DNA from: a virus
IMG/VR virus record: IMGVR_UViG_3300044630_001218
Location: 2,280 to 66,279 of that record
DNA: 64,000 nucleotides
Direction: 5' to 3' (one strand)
Shown: one piece after another, positions 1-12,700 of the stretch
Layout of the letters: each line of letters begins with the position of its first letter
Position numbering within the stretch: the first letter of the stretch is position 1
Made by a program: the position numbers and the translations under genes
Notes under the pieces: model-generated
Seen by the model: the letters and a program-made list of their open reading frames with translations, nothing else
Database searches by the model: none
What the model was told of the DNA's origin: nothing

Positions 1-342
1 TGGTTCGTCGGCAAAGAGTTCCTACGTACCCAACAGCTGCGCGGCATCTCAGACGTGCTGGCGAAGGAGATGTGCGTGCGACGGTACGAGATGGTCAAAT
101 CCGGTACCCTGCGAGTCAAAGTCGAAACCAAAGCCGAACTCAAGCAACGGATGGGGCAGTCACCGGACATTGCGGATGCCGCCTTTATCACGCTCGATCT
201 CGCAAGGCAACGGCACGGACTTTTTGCAGTGGACCCGCCCAAGAAGACGGAGGCAGGTCTGTTCGGCGCGTCGATGCCGAGGACCATGCGAGATCTCGAT
301 GTCGTCAGTAGATCAAAACACACTCAGCTGGTGTACGATTAG
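1..342 (+). CDS. terL: Terminase large subunit, C-terminal nuclease end (partial, open at window start)
   Basis: Frame 1 is open from base 1; ETKAELKQRMGQSPDIADAAF matches the K..(L/M)..SPD.ADA motif at the end of TerL RNase H-like domains. Confidence 0.75.
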   Translation, partial: WFVGKEFLRTQQLRGISDVLAKEMCVRRYEMVKSGTLRVKVETKAELKQRMGQSPDIADAAFITLDLARQRHGLFAVDPPKKTEAGLFGASMPRTMRDLDVVSRSKHTQLVYD

Positions 343-482
343 AACGGGTAGGTTGCACTCTACGCAACTTTGCTGTCGGCGAACGACAACAACCGTAAAA
401 TGTGGTCGATCGAATACAGATCTGACCATTCATAATGCAAGTGAATTGCAGGAGACGCACGTCAGAAAAGTTTGAAGAGTTC

Positions 483-573
483 TAGGAAGTGTGGTAATTC
501 ATAATAACTCAGTAATTCAATCAATATGAATTAATGAGTTATTATGAATTACCTAAAGGCTAGAGTATTTATA
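483..573. repeat. AT-rich palindromic element, copy 1
   Basis: 27-bp arms at 493-519 and 527-553 (1 mismatch) with a 7-nt spacer; related copy at 27575-27666. Confidence 0.9.
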
Positions 574-602
574 ATGTAGGGGTCTGGCCGTACCGATTGG
601 TA

Positions 603-887
603 TCAAAGCCTTTTGCTGACCTTCTCCCATGCGGGCCAGAAGAGTTCGTCCAAAGCGCGGACGATTGGCTCTTGGTTGTAGGTATCGCTGTACGCGGCCC
701 CAGACAGGTACAGCGCAGCCTCAACCATTTCGTGGCGTAGCGTCTCCTTAAGGAGCTTCGCATCCTGTATCGTCTTCCTGTCCAGCTCAATGACTTTGCT
801 GTCCGGTATGTACTGACCGTACGTGTCTTCCAGATCCTTGACCTTAATCGGTATCCTGTATCCGGCGATGTGCACACTTTTGAGCAT
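603..887 (-). CDS. Small zincin-like protein with degenerate HExxH (HEMVE)
   Basis: YGQYIPDSKVIELD...LKETLRHEMVEA has the mini-zincin layout, but the second His is replaced by Glu. Confidence 0.55.
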   Translation of the reverse strand: MLKSVHIAGYRIPIKVKDLEDTYGQYIPDSKVIELDRKTIQDAKLLKETLRHEMVEAALYLSGAAYSDTYNQEPIVRALDELFWPAWEKVSKRL

Positions 888-929
888 CAGGCAAGAAGGT
901 ACAGGATAAAGGGTACAGGGTCCAGTTCA
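888..929 (+). repeat. Degenerate heptamer array (CAGGATA-like)
   Basis: caggcaa gaaggta caggata aagggta cagggtc cagttca. Confidence 0.6.
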
Positions 930-947
930 ATGTCAGAAAATTATTGC

Positions 948-976
948 TTGATTTCTTGACAAAAATAAACCAGTAT
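948..976 (+). promoter_or_regulatory. Putative sigma70-type promoter, leaderless
   Basis: TTGATT-17-CAGTAT, 7 nt before GTG 984. Confidence 0.45.
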
Positions 977-983
977 CTCCCTC

Positions 984-1274
984 GTGCCCGCTCAATTCAA
1001 ACGAACCCCCGACGGTAAGATCAAATACCACGGTGAATTGTTTTCCGGTTTTAACAAGCCGAGGAAGGCCCCTGCTGGAGACCCTAAAAAATATGTCGTG
1101 TTGGCGAAGAGCGGAGACAAGGTGCGCAAACTGAAGTTCGGTCAGCGCGGATACAAGGATTTCCTGCAACACAAGAGCGAGAAACGTCGCGCTAATTTCA
1201 AGTCTCGGATGAACTGTTCTTCCGAAAAGAACAAACTAACGCCCAAATGGTGGGCGTGTAACTACAACTGGTAA
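984..1274 (+). CDS. Small basic viral protein (DUF5754-like)
   Basis: KKYVV...KFGQRGYKDF.QHK...RRANFKSRMNC...KWWAC..W pattern; family name recalled from memory. Confidence 0.6.
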   Translation: MPAQFKRTPDGKIKYHGELFSGFNKPRKAPAGDPKKYVVLAKSGDKVRKLKFGQRGYKDFLQHKSEKRRANFKSRMNCSSEKNKLTPKWWACNYNW

Positions 1275-1279
1275 TTATT

Positions 1280-2905
1280 ATGTCATTAAAGTATAAATCA
1301 CAAGAGCAATTAGCGGCAGAACGCTCTGTTCGTGAAGCTAAAAGAGAAGAACGCAAGCAGAAATACGGACCTAATATCCCCGACGCTGAAGAGAAAAAGA
1401 GAATAGACTCGGCGGAAATGGCCGCTAGAGCTGCGGATGTAGCTAAACGTGCAGCCCAAGCTGAAGGCGCTACCGAGGAGCAAGCCATGGCAGCTGGTGA
1501 AGAAGCACGCTCTTTCTCTCAAGCCACGCCAGCTGAACGTTATTTTGCTGAAGCCCGTAGGCGAGATAAAGAAATGTTGGGCGGCTTTAAGACTTACGGC
1601 GACAAAGCACGCTTTGACCAGATGAACGCCGTGCGTAAACTTCAAGGTAAAGAAGCACTAGATGCTGACCCTTTGAAGCAGTTCGATAAAGACATGAGTA
1701 AGTCGATGGCTTTTGGTGCGGAGAGTTCCCTCAACACACCGGAAGGTCGCCAACGCGCCATGCAAGCTGGTGTTAAAGCTGGACTGTCTTTCAATGACGC
1801 CGACGCTGCTGTTCAGGGCGCGTTTAAACGACTGCAAGAAATTGGCGAACGAGATAAAGCACTCAAAACAGTGCCGGAACAATATGGTCCGCCGAAGGAA
1901 CTTGCTGGTGCGCCGACTACACCGACGACTCCTAAACCACCTTCAGCTACGCAGACCGCCGCCGCCGAGTTGCCAACACAAACCCCAGAACAAGCCGTTA
2001 GGGAACAAGTTGGTAATGTAGTCGCCGGAGCTACTGGCTTTAACGAGGGGGGTCGGAACGCAGCACTCCAAGCAGCCCAAGGAGGAAGTCTTGCAGCCAA
2101 TCTTATGCGCCAATATAGCAAGGGCGCTATTAATAAAGAAGTTGATGCTATAGCCGAAGCTGGTGGTCGCACGCGAACTTCGTTAGGTAGGGAGTCTAAA
2201 TCCCTCCTCGAAGAGTATAACAAAGCTAAAGGCGCTACTGTTAAAATGCAGCAACTAGCTAAAGGAGCTACTCAAGGATCTCCTCTAGCTAAAGGTCTTG
2301 CGACAGTAACCCAAAAAGCAGCAGAAGCGGGAACAAAATCAACTGACGCACTTAAAAAATTACAAGCGGCAGCTGAAAGAAGCGGGGCACAGAAAGCCGC
2401 CGACTTCGGTAGAAAGGTACTCGGCAGTAAAGTCTTAAAAGGTGTTAGCCGTCTCGGTAATATTGCTCAAGTGGCCGAACCTATTTTGGAAGCGTACAAG
2501 TACAACAAGAACCCAGAACTGTTTGATGAGAAGATGGAAGCAATTCTTGAACGCAACGAAGCTGGTATTGCACCGACTATAGGAGCGGCTGTACGAGATG
2601 TTGTACCAACACCAGTTCAGGCTTTCAACCCGAACTATAGTCCGGTTAGTACACTTGCAGCTACTATTGTTTCTCCTCTTGAGTCTTTTCGTCGTTATAG
2701 TGAAGCTAAAGGTGAGGCGGCTTATCAAACAGGAGCCGCTGAGATCGCACGCCGGAAAGGTGATGCGCTCACTGAGCAACGTAGGTCTATGGTTTCCGAC
2801 GAGGAGTATGCTAAAATGAGTGCTGAACAAAAACGTGAGTCGTCTATAAAAGCCGCTGAGGCGTTGAGACAACTCCGCGAAGCAGCTCGCAAACGTAATC
2901 AGTAA
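1280..2905 (+). CDS. Ala/Gln/Lys-rich helical protein, probable internal virion (ejection) protein
   Basis: 541-aa ORF; composition; co-oriented immediately upstream of the giant protein. Confidence 0.55.
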   Translation: MSLKYKSQEQLAAERSVREAKREERKQKYGPNIPDAEEKKRIDSAEMAARAADVAKRAAQAEGATEEQAMAAGEEARSFSQATPAERYFAEARRRDKEMLGGFKTYGDKARFDQMNAVRKLQGKEALDADPLKQFDKDMSKSMAFGAESSLNTPEGRQRAMQAGVKAGLSFNDADAAVQGAFKRLQEIGERDKALKTVPEQYGPPKELAGAPTTPTTPKPPSATQTAAAELPTQTPEQAVREQVGNVVAGATGFNEGGRNAALQAAQGGSLAANLMRQYSKGAINKEVDAIAEAGGRTRTSLGRESKSLLEEYNKAKGATVKMQQLAKGATQGSPLAKGLATVTQKAAEAGTKSTDALKKLQAAAERSGAQKAADFGRKVLGSKVLKGVSRLGNIAQVAEPILEAYKYNKNPELFDEKMEAILERNEAGIAPTIGAAVRDVVPTPVQAFNPNYSPVSTLAATIVSPLESFRRYSEAKGEAAYQTGAAEIARRKGDALTEQRRSMVSDEEYAKMSAEQKRESSIKAAEALRQLREAARKRNQ

Positions 2906-2909
2906 TTAT

Positions 2910-3701
2910 ATGGCCCAATACGAAGAAACCGAAGAGGACGTCTTCTCGTATGAGAGAGATGTGGAGCCGATGGTCGGTAGCTACTTCAAGTCCTTGCAAT
3001 CTAGTGGTATTGATTTCAATACTCAGGTTCGTATGGCTGAATCCGAGCGCAAGAGACTTGAGACGAATCTTTTTAATGAGGCAGCTGTCCGTGCAAACGC
3101 ACAAAAAGTTGAGATCACTCGCCTCCAACTAGAGAATGCTAGGCGCGAATCTTCTTCTAAGATCGGCAACATGCAGAGAGTTGCTGAACTCCAGTCGATT
3201 CTATCCACTGCAATGAGCGATAAGGTCTCCGATGACGAGAGGCCAAAACTTGTTAGCCAGATCGGAATCCAGTATGCCCCACTGATTGGAACGAGTGAGG
3301 TAGCTAAGACGATGTTCACCTCCGCACAGAAAGGCGTAACTGGTTCGACTCGTAAAGCGAGCACAGACCAATTCCAAATGACTAAAGGGTTTATGGACGA
3401 CCTCGATAAGGTTAAACTCGCCAAAGACTATGCTGGTAAGCCGATAGATGAGTTCGAAGATGAAGGCAGTCTCGGTATGGTATCTACTGTCATCGATCTC
3501 TACGGAACCCCCGAACTCCAAGCCCAAGCGGCAGAAGCTACTGCAAAAGAAAAACTTGGCATTGCACGTAAAATCCGTACAGACTACTACAAGTCCGTGA
3601 TGAAAGGACAGTCGGCACCGCAAGGTACCACAACGCAAAGCCCTAGATCTCTGTACAAAAAATCTCCTACCGTGAACCCGCTACTGGGAACACCACCTTA
3701 A
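2910..3701 (+). CDS. Hypothetical protein, probable internal virion protein
   Basis: 263-aa ORF tightly spaced between the 541-aa and 3852-aa genes. Confidence 0.55.
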   Translation: MAQYEETEEDVFSYERDVEPMVGSYFKSLQSSGIDFNTQVRMAESERKRLETNLFNEAAVRANAQKVEITRLQLENARRESSSKIGNMQRVAELQSILSTAMSDKVSDDERPKLVSQIGIQYAPLIGTSEVAKTMFTSAQKGVTGSTRKASTDQFQMTKGFMDDLDKVKLAKDYAGKPIDEFEDEGSLGMVSTVIDLYGTPELQAQAAEATAKEKLGIARKIRTDYYKSVMKGQSAPQGTTTQSPRSLYKKSPTVNPLLGTPP

Positions 3702-3730
3702 ACAACACAACACCAAACTAAATTCCCACC

Positions 3731-6700
3731 ATGCTGGAAATTAAATCGTACGACGACTGGACCGAAGAGGAAGAAGAACTCGCGGAAGATCCCGTAAGCA
3801 ACATTAAGAAGTACACGGATTACGTCCGGCTGAACTATTCCAAAGCCGGTATCCTGAATCCTGAAACCGATAGCGAAATCGCTGCCGGAGTACAAGACAG
3901 GCTTAACGAGGAAGTCTTTACCGAAGACATGACCGAAGAAGACCGTAACGGAATCTTCTCTAGTATTGTCGGACCGGATAAGAACGATGATGCGGATGCG
4001 CGTTTTGTGTTGGACTACTTGAAGGCCGAAGGGCAACAGGACGATGCTCGCGTACAGAATCTCACGCAATATCTCTCGATGAAACAACTTGCACCTGACC
4101 GTGCAGAAGAGTTCCGCCAGCCTGTAGCTGACATCATCGGCGACCGCAAGCTAGTTCGTGACTCTCGTGTCGCGGCTGCTGATCGCGGTGACTTCAGCGT
4201 TGTTGCCATCGAGGAAGACAACGGAGACCGCACTTTCTATTCCGGCCCTTCGGCGAAACCCGAAAAGGTATCCGGCGAAATTGACTCGCTTATTAAAGCC
4301 GGAGCTATTAGTACTTCTGATTTGTCCAGTATTTCCGGCTATGTCAAACCAATTAACGGCGGGCTTAGTACTACATCCGAAGCGACACGGTATGATATTT
4401 TCAGAAGTACCGTAGGCGAGAAGGCTAAAGCAGATAAAGAGTTAGGTGGCTTGCTACAGAACCAAGCTGGTACGTTGCGACAACAGAAAGAGGAAGAGCA
4501 ACGCACTACAGGCGAGGCTGTGCTTGAAGGCGCAAAGACCGTCATTGCCTATCCGTTCGCTAAACTTGCTGACGCAGTTATGGCGGCTGGTTCTTTCCTT
4601 ACCGGAGAAGAGAAACCAGAACCGAAGTATGCACCAGATACAAAGCTGTCCGATGTATTAGGCAGTGACGAAAACCTTCGCAAGAAGTTTTCCGCCGAAG
4701 AGATTGAGAAGTTCAGTGACGCTATGGTAGCTGACGCTGCCGGAGCCGTGTTCCGTGCAGACAAGCCGGAAACCGGTATCACGACGGACAGCATGGGTAA
4801 CCCGATTATTGCCGCTGCGCTGCTTCCGAGAGACGATCTGTTTGAGAAGGCACTCGCTGCCGCTCCGCTCAACAAAGACCAGCAGAAGATGGCTCGCGTA
4901 CGCCGCGATCAGTTGCTCGACACCACAGCACCGGAACTCCTTAAAGTGATTCTTGAAGAGGAACCTGATGCTGTCGGTATGCTTGCCAAAGCGAAGGCCG
5001 ACGGACTTAGCGATGCTGAGTTTGTAAAGACTTACGTTAGCGATTCGAAAAACTACAGCGGCTTTGAGACACGACTTGAGCAGTTCGGTAAGAGCGCATG
5101 GAAGACAGTAGCGGAAATCCCATTGGGTCTTGCTGCGCTTAGTGGTAATGAGTGGGCCGCGAAGGAAATGGTCAAGATGAACAAGGACCAGTCCCGCCGA
5201 CAAGAGTTCTCCAGAATGTTTGGAGACGAGTACGGTATTGGATTCCAACTCCTCAACACTATCCCTCAAGTTGCAACCGACATCGGCCTTACCATCGGTA
5301 CTGGTGGTGTGTTTGCCGGAGCTAAAACTTTGGCTAAAGCCGGATCTGTTTCCAGCAAGACCGCGCTTCGCAGTATGGCAAAGCTCGGCTTGTCTGGCGT
5401 TGACGATGTAGCTGCGCAATCTTTCCGCACCGCGTCCACAGCAGGTGGCGAGGCAGCTACCTCTAATGCAATCAAAGAAGTCGGGCGTAGTCTCGCTACA
5501 AAGTTTGCTGAGAACGCTCCGGTGTTCACCACTTCGTTCGTGCGTTCCGCTACTTCCACATACGGCTCTATCTACGGCCAACTGCCAGACGAAATGAGCC
5601 ATGAGGAGAAGCACAAGAATGCTTTAGGCTACTCTCTCGCTGCTGGTCTATCGACTGGCGTTATCACATCCGGCATGAGCTTCTTGGGCAGGGGCGGTGT
5701 TGAAGAGGTGGCTACTAAGCGTATCCGTGCAATGCTCGGCGGTGAGACCGATGATGCTGTATTAGCAGCCGGAGGTCGCGTTGTGCCTGTCGATAAGATG
5801 AACTACCGACAAGCAAAAGCTGTCTATGAGAATCTCAAGAGTGAGTCTGTACCTGTGACGGACCGTGCGTTCCAGCGTGCAATGCGTGGTGCGATTGGTG
5901 GCGCATACAAGAACTACATGCGTACCACATTCGGCGGAGTGCTTAACGAAGCTACCGAAGAAATGGTGGACCAAGCAATCCAAATGAAACTGGAAGACGC
6001 CGCCCTCGATCAAGAGACACCGCTTAGTGAGAAGGTCAACCAAATATTTACTGCCGGTGTGATCGGTGGTGGTCTCGGTGGTATTGTTGCAGGCGCAACA
6101 CAGTTCGGTCCCGTCAAAAAGTCTGAACTAGCACTTGTGTTTGAAGGCCGTGCATCGGCGCTTGAGAAAGTAGCTACACAACTCCGCAAAACAAATAGCA
6201 ACGCGACTGCCGAAACAGTGCAGCGCATGATCGACGACGCCAGAACTCGTGCTGCTGAGGTTACACAAGCCGAAGCGCAAGCTAAGATCCAAGAGGAGAA
6301 GAACGCCGAACTAGCTACGAAGAAACCGATCTTTGCAGATCCGGCAGAGAAACAACTATCCGATGAGAAAGAACAAGAGCTTGAGCTTACCATGCTCGGA
6401 GATCTTGTTGGCGAGAAAGTTTCCGCCGCTGGTTTTACTGGCACACTAGAAGCTGACGACAGTGGTTCTATCTTCCTCAACACAAAGGACGGCGAGACAA
6501 TCCATCTCGGTTCCCGCTACGAGAAAGCACAAGGTCGTGTTAGCGCATTCCCGCAACTGATGACCTTTGCAAAGGATGAAGGTAAAGTACTTGCCGGTAC
6601 TCCGTACATCGTTCGCGGTAAGAAAGCCACATCGAAAGTTGCGATGCCGTCCGTGACGGAAAACAACAGACCTGAAGATTTCCTTGGCGTTATCAAAGAC

Positions 6701-9700
6701 AAAGGCAATATCATACAACTCGTCGTTAAAGGCGCGACCCTTATGTCCAATCAAGACCTTGACGGCATGGACATCAAGATCAGCAACGGCTATCAGATTA
6801 AAAGTCTAGCACGTTACTATAATGTCTCTTTGGATTCACTCCAAGACCTCACGCCGCCACCAACAGATAGCGATGTTAATGCTTCAAGTATTGATGAAAT
6901 CGAAACTAATGCAGTGAGTGATGAGGCTAAGGCTTCGATTGTCACAGCGAAAGAAGTTCTCCAGTACGGCCCTAATCAGAATCTTTTCAAAGCATTTATG
7001 GCTGGGGATTCGTCGAAGGCTAAGTTCAAGCAGACTGTAACGAACCTGACGCCAGACGAACTTAACTTCATTGCACAAAATGCCAACACATTCTTTGACT
7101 GGGTATCATCTGACGACACCATTCCGGCAGAGACTAGAGGCGCACTACTTCAAAGCGCAGAAGATTTGAAGAGCCGCGTTGCGTTGGCGTACAAATTCCA
7201 AGTAGACCAAGCAGCTAAAGAAGCGTTTGCTAACGAGCCAGATCTTACTGATGAGGAGAAAGCGGCTATTGAAGATGAACTTAAACAAGACCTCGAAGGT
7301 GACGGCGAAGAAGCAACAGCGCCTAAAACCCAACTTACTTCTAAAGAACAAGAAGCTGAGAACAAAAGGTTAAAAGGCGTCATTACTGGCGCACCTAAAG
7401 AGCCAACAGCAGTTAAAACCCGTAAGACACCAGAAGGCAACAGCGTGGTGGAGGGCCCCAGTCCCCAAGACCAACTCAGGAAACTGATGGCAGACTATTC
7501 CGATATGGAGTTTGTTGTCCCAATTGTTGCAACTAGAGAAGGACCCAAAACCTTTGCTGGTGCTACAAAGTATAGGAAGAAGCTGGAGTTTTTGGAGGAC
7601 ATTGCGTATTCAGATGCTGCTACCGAGGAGTTCTCTGCTGAACTCGCTGAACTAAAAGTAAGTATGGCTAAAGGGAAGCAAGCTATCGGCTCGCGTCGCC
7701 GTAGGTTGCGTATGAAAATGGCTTCACTTATGCCAGCCGAAGTTGGTTCCGAAGAGACCACACTTACGCAAAGCGAACAAGACCTCGCCTCACAACTGTC
7801 GGCAATCGAAGCATCGAGACCATTTAAGACATTTGAGGAAGAGGAAGAAGCACAAGAAAAGAGGACCAAGAAAAAACGTGTTGACCACGGCGGTATAGCT
7901 GGTGAGGACTGGAGCACCGAAGATAAACTCAATGTGTTCCGCAACCAAGAAGAAGAATTAGCTTTTAACGACTTGGTGCTCGGAGGTTTCCGTATTTCAG
8001 ATTTGTCGGCATACGGTAGAGCAATTGCTGGCCTAACCCAAGAGGACATGGGTTACGGAGAGGTTCCGTTGTTTACTAAGCAACGACTCGAAGGTGATCC
8101 AACGGACCCAATGAAGTACCTCAAGGGTAAACATAAGTTCCTATATAGGAAAGTAATTGAGAACTACCCGCTAGTTACTCCGACTTCTAAAGATGAACCA
8201 GTCACGAGTAAGCGATCCTACACGAATGTCGAAACCGGAGAGTACAGGACTATCCCGATTCCTGTGTTCCGCGACGCTAGTTATGATGCAGTTGCTGGTG
8301 AGTTTACTAACGATCCGATTATTATTAGAGAGCAGATCGACCAGAACATACCTGTAACGATTCCAAAACAGCTTATTAAAAGATCTGAGAACGCGAAAGA
8401 TGCGTTTAAGATTAATCCTTCGATTGAGTTTGATCCTGATACCGGTGTCGTCATGTCGGTTATCGACCCAATAACACGCCAACCCATTAGGTTCTCCGGC
8501 GAGGAAGCATACGTTAACGGTAGTTATATCCCGATTAAAGCCCGCAAAACTGAGTCGCTTCTAATGTCATTAGTCGCTCCGTCTGGTAGATACCTATCAT
8601 CTGCTGGAGAAACAGCAAAAGGTCGTCAGTCTATAGGACAGCAAGTCGTAAATAATAAAGTCGTACCAGCCAAGAACCTTAACGCCCGTGACTATACTGG
8701 CGACTTCCAGAAATGGATGATGGGTGAGGTAGCTTTCGACGGAGAGTTTGAGAGGGGGGCTGGGCACCGGTTCCTCAAAAGTGAATTTCAATTAGACGAT
8801 GACTCCATCTCCGATCTCTCGTCTTACGCCCTCGCTGAGTATGGTCTGAGTGTCTATGAGTTTGCTATGGGTAAGGCTCTGCTCGACTACGCAGCCAAAT
8901 CTGTTAAATTTGAAAAGAACAAAAGCATTACCAAACGACTGACCAAAGCGGCTGAAGAAAAAGGTCTAACTCTCGAACAATATAAAGAGCATCCTGATTT
9001 CGCCAGTGAGTTCAACCTCACCAAAGAATCACTTAGAGATCTTAATCCTGTTGGGGTAGTCGCTGATTTCTTCTACACTAACAGCAAAGAAGCAATGGCT
9101 ACCGCCATTGCTGAACGCCACCCGAACCTTTCGGGATCAACGGCTCATAATGTCATCACAAAATACGCTGAGTTTTTGTATGAGCGCGTAAACGAGCCGG
9201 ACGGTGATTTGTTTACCGGACCAAAGAACCCACTAAATATCCTTAAAAAGTTCGGTAAAGACTACCAGAACGCGGAGAAGGCTAGGAACATACGAAAGAC
9301 CGTGTTCTTCCGTGGTATAGGAGAGGACAACGAAAGTGTACTAGACACGCTATTGGCGACCGGAAAACTTAACGACTATGCACTCGATCCGTTGTTTTCG
9401 TCGAGCCGCGACATGGTAGACGACGACCCTGAGACAGCCACGACGTACAGAATCAGCTTGCGTGATTCGCTTATCCGCCAGATCAACGATACGCCTGAGT
9501 TAAAGCGTGCGATGAAGGACATTGCTCTGCTGTTCCATAAAGGTTTTGAAGTCCTTGAAAGCGGAGAGATGATCGTTGACGTCCTCAACAACAAGATCGT
9601 TAGCATTACAGGAGATAACCGCGACATTTCGATGGCGATTGTTAACCGTTTGTCTGGTCTTAAGACGGGTCTGCGAGCAGCTGGTGTTATGTCTGAACTC

Positions 9701-12700
9701 GGCTGGCTGCCTCCGGTTGCGAAGTTTGAAGCAATACCGCCGACAGTTGAGCCCCCTGCTAGTTTCGAGTCGCCGACCGCGTCGAAGGATAGACTTATCG
9801 AACTTGTTGACAAAGCTAAAGAGTCCGCTTACCGCGCTGGTGGTAAGACTACACCGCAAGAAGAGGTAGCATATCGTAACAAAATCATTGAGGCGGTCCG
9901 TGTTGCGCAGCCGGAGATCCAAGAGGCGTTCGCTGCCGCTGAAACGCTCCGCCGTAAGGGCGATCTACGCGAACGCTACGAGCAATCAATTAAGTCTGTA
10001 TTCAATAAAATGGATACGGAGACTATTAATGCGGCAGTCAACAAACTGTCCCAGACCATTAGCAATAACCGGAGTAAACTCGATAAGTTTGACGAACAGA
10101 TTGAACTGGTTAATTCTGAAATCACTGAAGCTGGTTTATCTCTTAGCAATATCTTTAATGAGATTAACGTACAGCGCAGAGCACTCGGTCTTGGTGCGCG
10201 ACCGGAGTCGGAACTGTTGGCGGACTTGTCGTCCGAAGGAGAGTTCAAACAACCTACAGCAGCCGAACTGAGTAGCTTAGAAAGACCACAACCTACCGCT
10301 ACGCCAAAACAAGTTAAGGTTAAAAAGACTAAAGCGGCGGAAAGAGCCCAACTAGCCCTACCTCAATTGACGGATTCGTACAACATGGCGTTGTCAAATG
10401 TGCGTTTCCATACACGTAAGAAGAACTCTGTCACACGAGACAAGGAAGTGTCTATCGCCCTTATCGAGCGGTTGAACCCTCTTATGCAGAGGATCGACGA
10501 CGTTATGGTTGACGACATGTCGGAGACTGAGAAAATTGGAACAGTCGAAGCGATTCTTACGAGAGCCCTAACCGGTGATCCTGCCGATACACGCGCTGCA
10601 ACCGATTACAAAAAGGCTTCTGAGTCTATGAAACTCAAAGCCAGTGGTATTGTAGAAGAAACCACCGAGTTGAAGGGTTACGAAAAGATAGCTCGCATGG
10701 CTGCACCAGCCTTGATGAAGATGCGTAACGACGTTACCCGACTGAACAAATCGGTTAGTAACGTCAACAGTGCGGAACTCGAACAAGCTGCACGCATAGC
10801 CAACAGCGAAGACGTCGCCCGCTATGCTCTTGAGTCGAATGACCCTGAGAGTGTACTCACTGCATTGCGTATTATCAGCAAGAGTAAAGTGGAGCATCAT
10901 CGTGAAGTGGCGAAGCTACTGCTGCTTGCGCCAGACTTTGTTCGTTCAGTTAAGTTCGGCATCGTAGATGTCCGTTCGGATTGGGCTGGTATCTACGACT
11001 CCGAGTCCAATGCCGTGATGGTTAACCTGTCTGGCCACAACGGTCGTGGTCTTGCTGACGTACTGCTGCACGAATACTTGCACGCAGCTACTGTTACATA
11101 CCTCAACGATCCACGTACCGCCGAACAACGCGCAGCCGTCCAACGCATAAACCAACTTCGTGAACTTGCTATCGCACAAGCCACGAAGAAGGGCCTTATG
11201 CGTTACGCTCACGTTCGCAACGGTTTGGCTAACAATGCAGAGTTCTTGACCTACACGATCACTGCGCCTGAGTTCCAGTCCATGCTGGCGGCAATGACGC
11301 CGACTGGACAACGTTCGATTCTTTCCCGAATGATTGACGCTATCCTGTCATTCTTCGGTAAGAAGAATACGCTACTCAATAAAGCTATTAAGGAGTTGTT
11401 CGACTTCTCACAGATGTCGTTGGCTAGTTACCACACATTCAACATCAGCTCACGCCGCGACATTGACGGTATCGTTCAGATCGCACAGGACGCCCGTGTT
11501 GCCTTTGAGGACAAAGTATTCTTTGGCTCGATGGTTGAAGACATCCTGACCCGCTACGAAGGAGGTGGCGAAGGTGTATTTGCAGCTGAGAGCACCGGAC
11601 CTTTTGATGCAGAAGCTGAACTGCGTCGTATTGTACCAGCGGGCATCAACATTGAGATCGACAATAATATGGTCGCCGCAATGGGCATCCGCCGCAGCAA
11701 GCCCAATACGATTATTATCAATCAGGAATATGTTGCAGAGTTGGGTACCGGACTGTCTCAAGCTAACGCTAAAGCAGTAATACGTACAGCAGTGGACGAA
11801 GAACTCGCCCACATCGCAGCTAACTCCGTATTCACAAACGACGACTACCTTGCAATCGCAAAAGAGTTGGGTCCTGATATGGTAAACCGTATCTTGGATA
11901 TTACCTACTCTAATATGGAGCCTGACGACGCAATCCGTGCATCTCGCATTGCCGCCGACCGCGAAGCTGGACTTACTGGAGACCTCGACGCCGCCGCTGA
12001 ATGGGTACGTATGGAGATGACTCGTATGGCTACAGGCCGCACAAGAGAAGTGGACATCGCGTTCTTCTACACAAACCCATCATTGCTTGAGCGATTCCTT
12101 GAAGGACTCAAGGCGTTTATTGTAAAACTCAAGCAACAGTTTAGGGCGACACCGACAACAGGCACAGCTGCCCACATCTCGCAAGCATCACGTTCGTTCC
12201 GCAAACTGCGCAACGGTGGTGTGCTTCCGACACCGGAACCCTCTGCCGCTAACGAGTACGGTGATACCACTGCCTTCTTCAACGCCATCAACGGAGACAT
12301 CGCTGAAGGGCAGGAAGACCGCACGTACTTCATGTTTCCGGTAGCCGGTACCGGTGCCAGCAAGCAGAAGACTAAGGACTTCTGGAAGATGGCGCAGGAT
12401 AAGATGTACAACTTGCCGATGGAACTTCGCAAGTACCTGAACATGAGGGACGGTACTATCTCACAAATCGAGTACACGATTGAGGACTTCGACCGCCGCT
12501 TTCCAAAGCTGCGTGACGAGGCTCTTGCTAGGGGCGCGAGCATCGAGGACATCGGTATGATCCTCGGTACTACTGCTCCGGCTGTACAAGGTGAAGCACG
12601 CAAGGAGATCCAAAGGAAAGTCCGCGAGTTCAAGAAGGACAACGCAACTGATCCCGACCTTGAGCGCAAAGCCGAAGACTATGAAGCTCAACTGACACAG

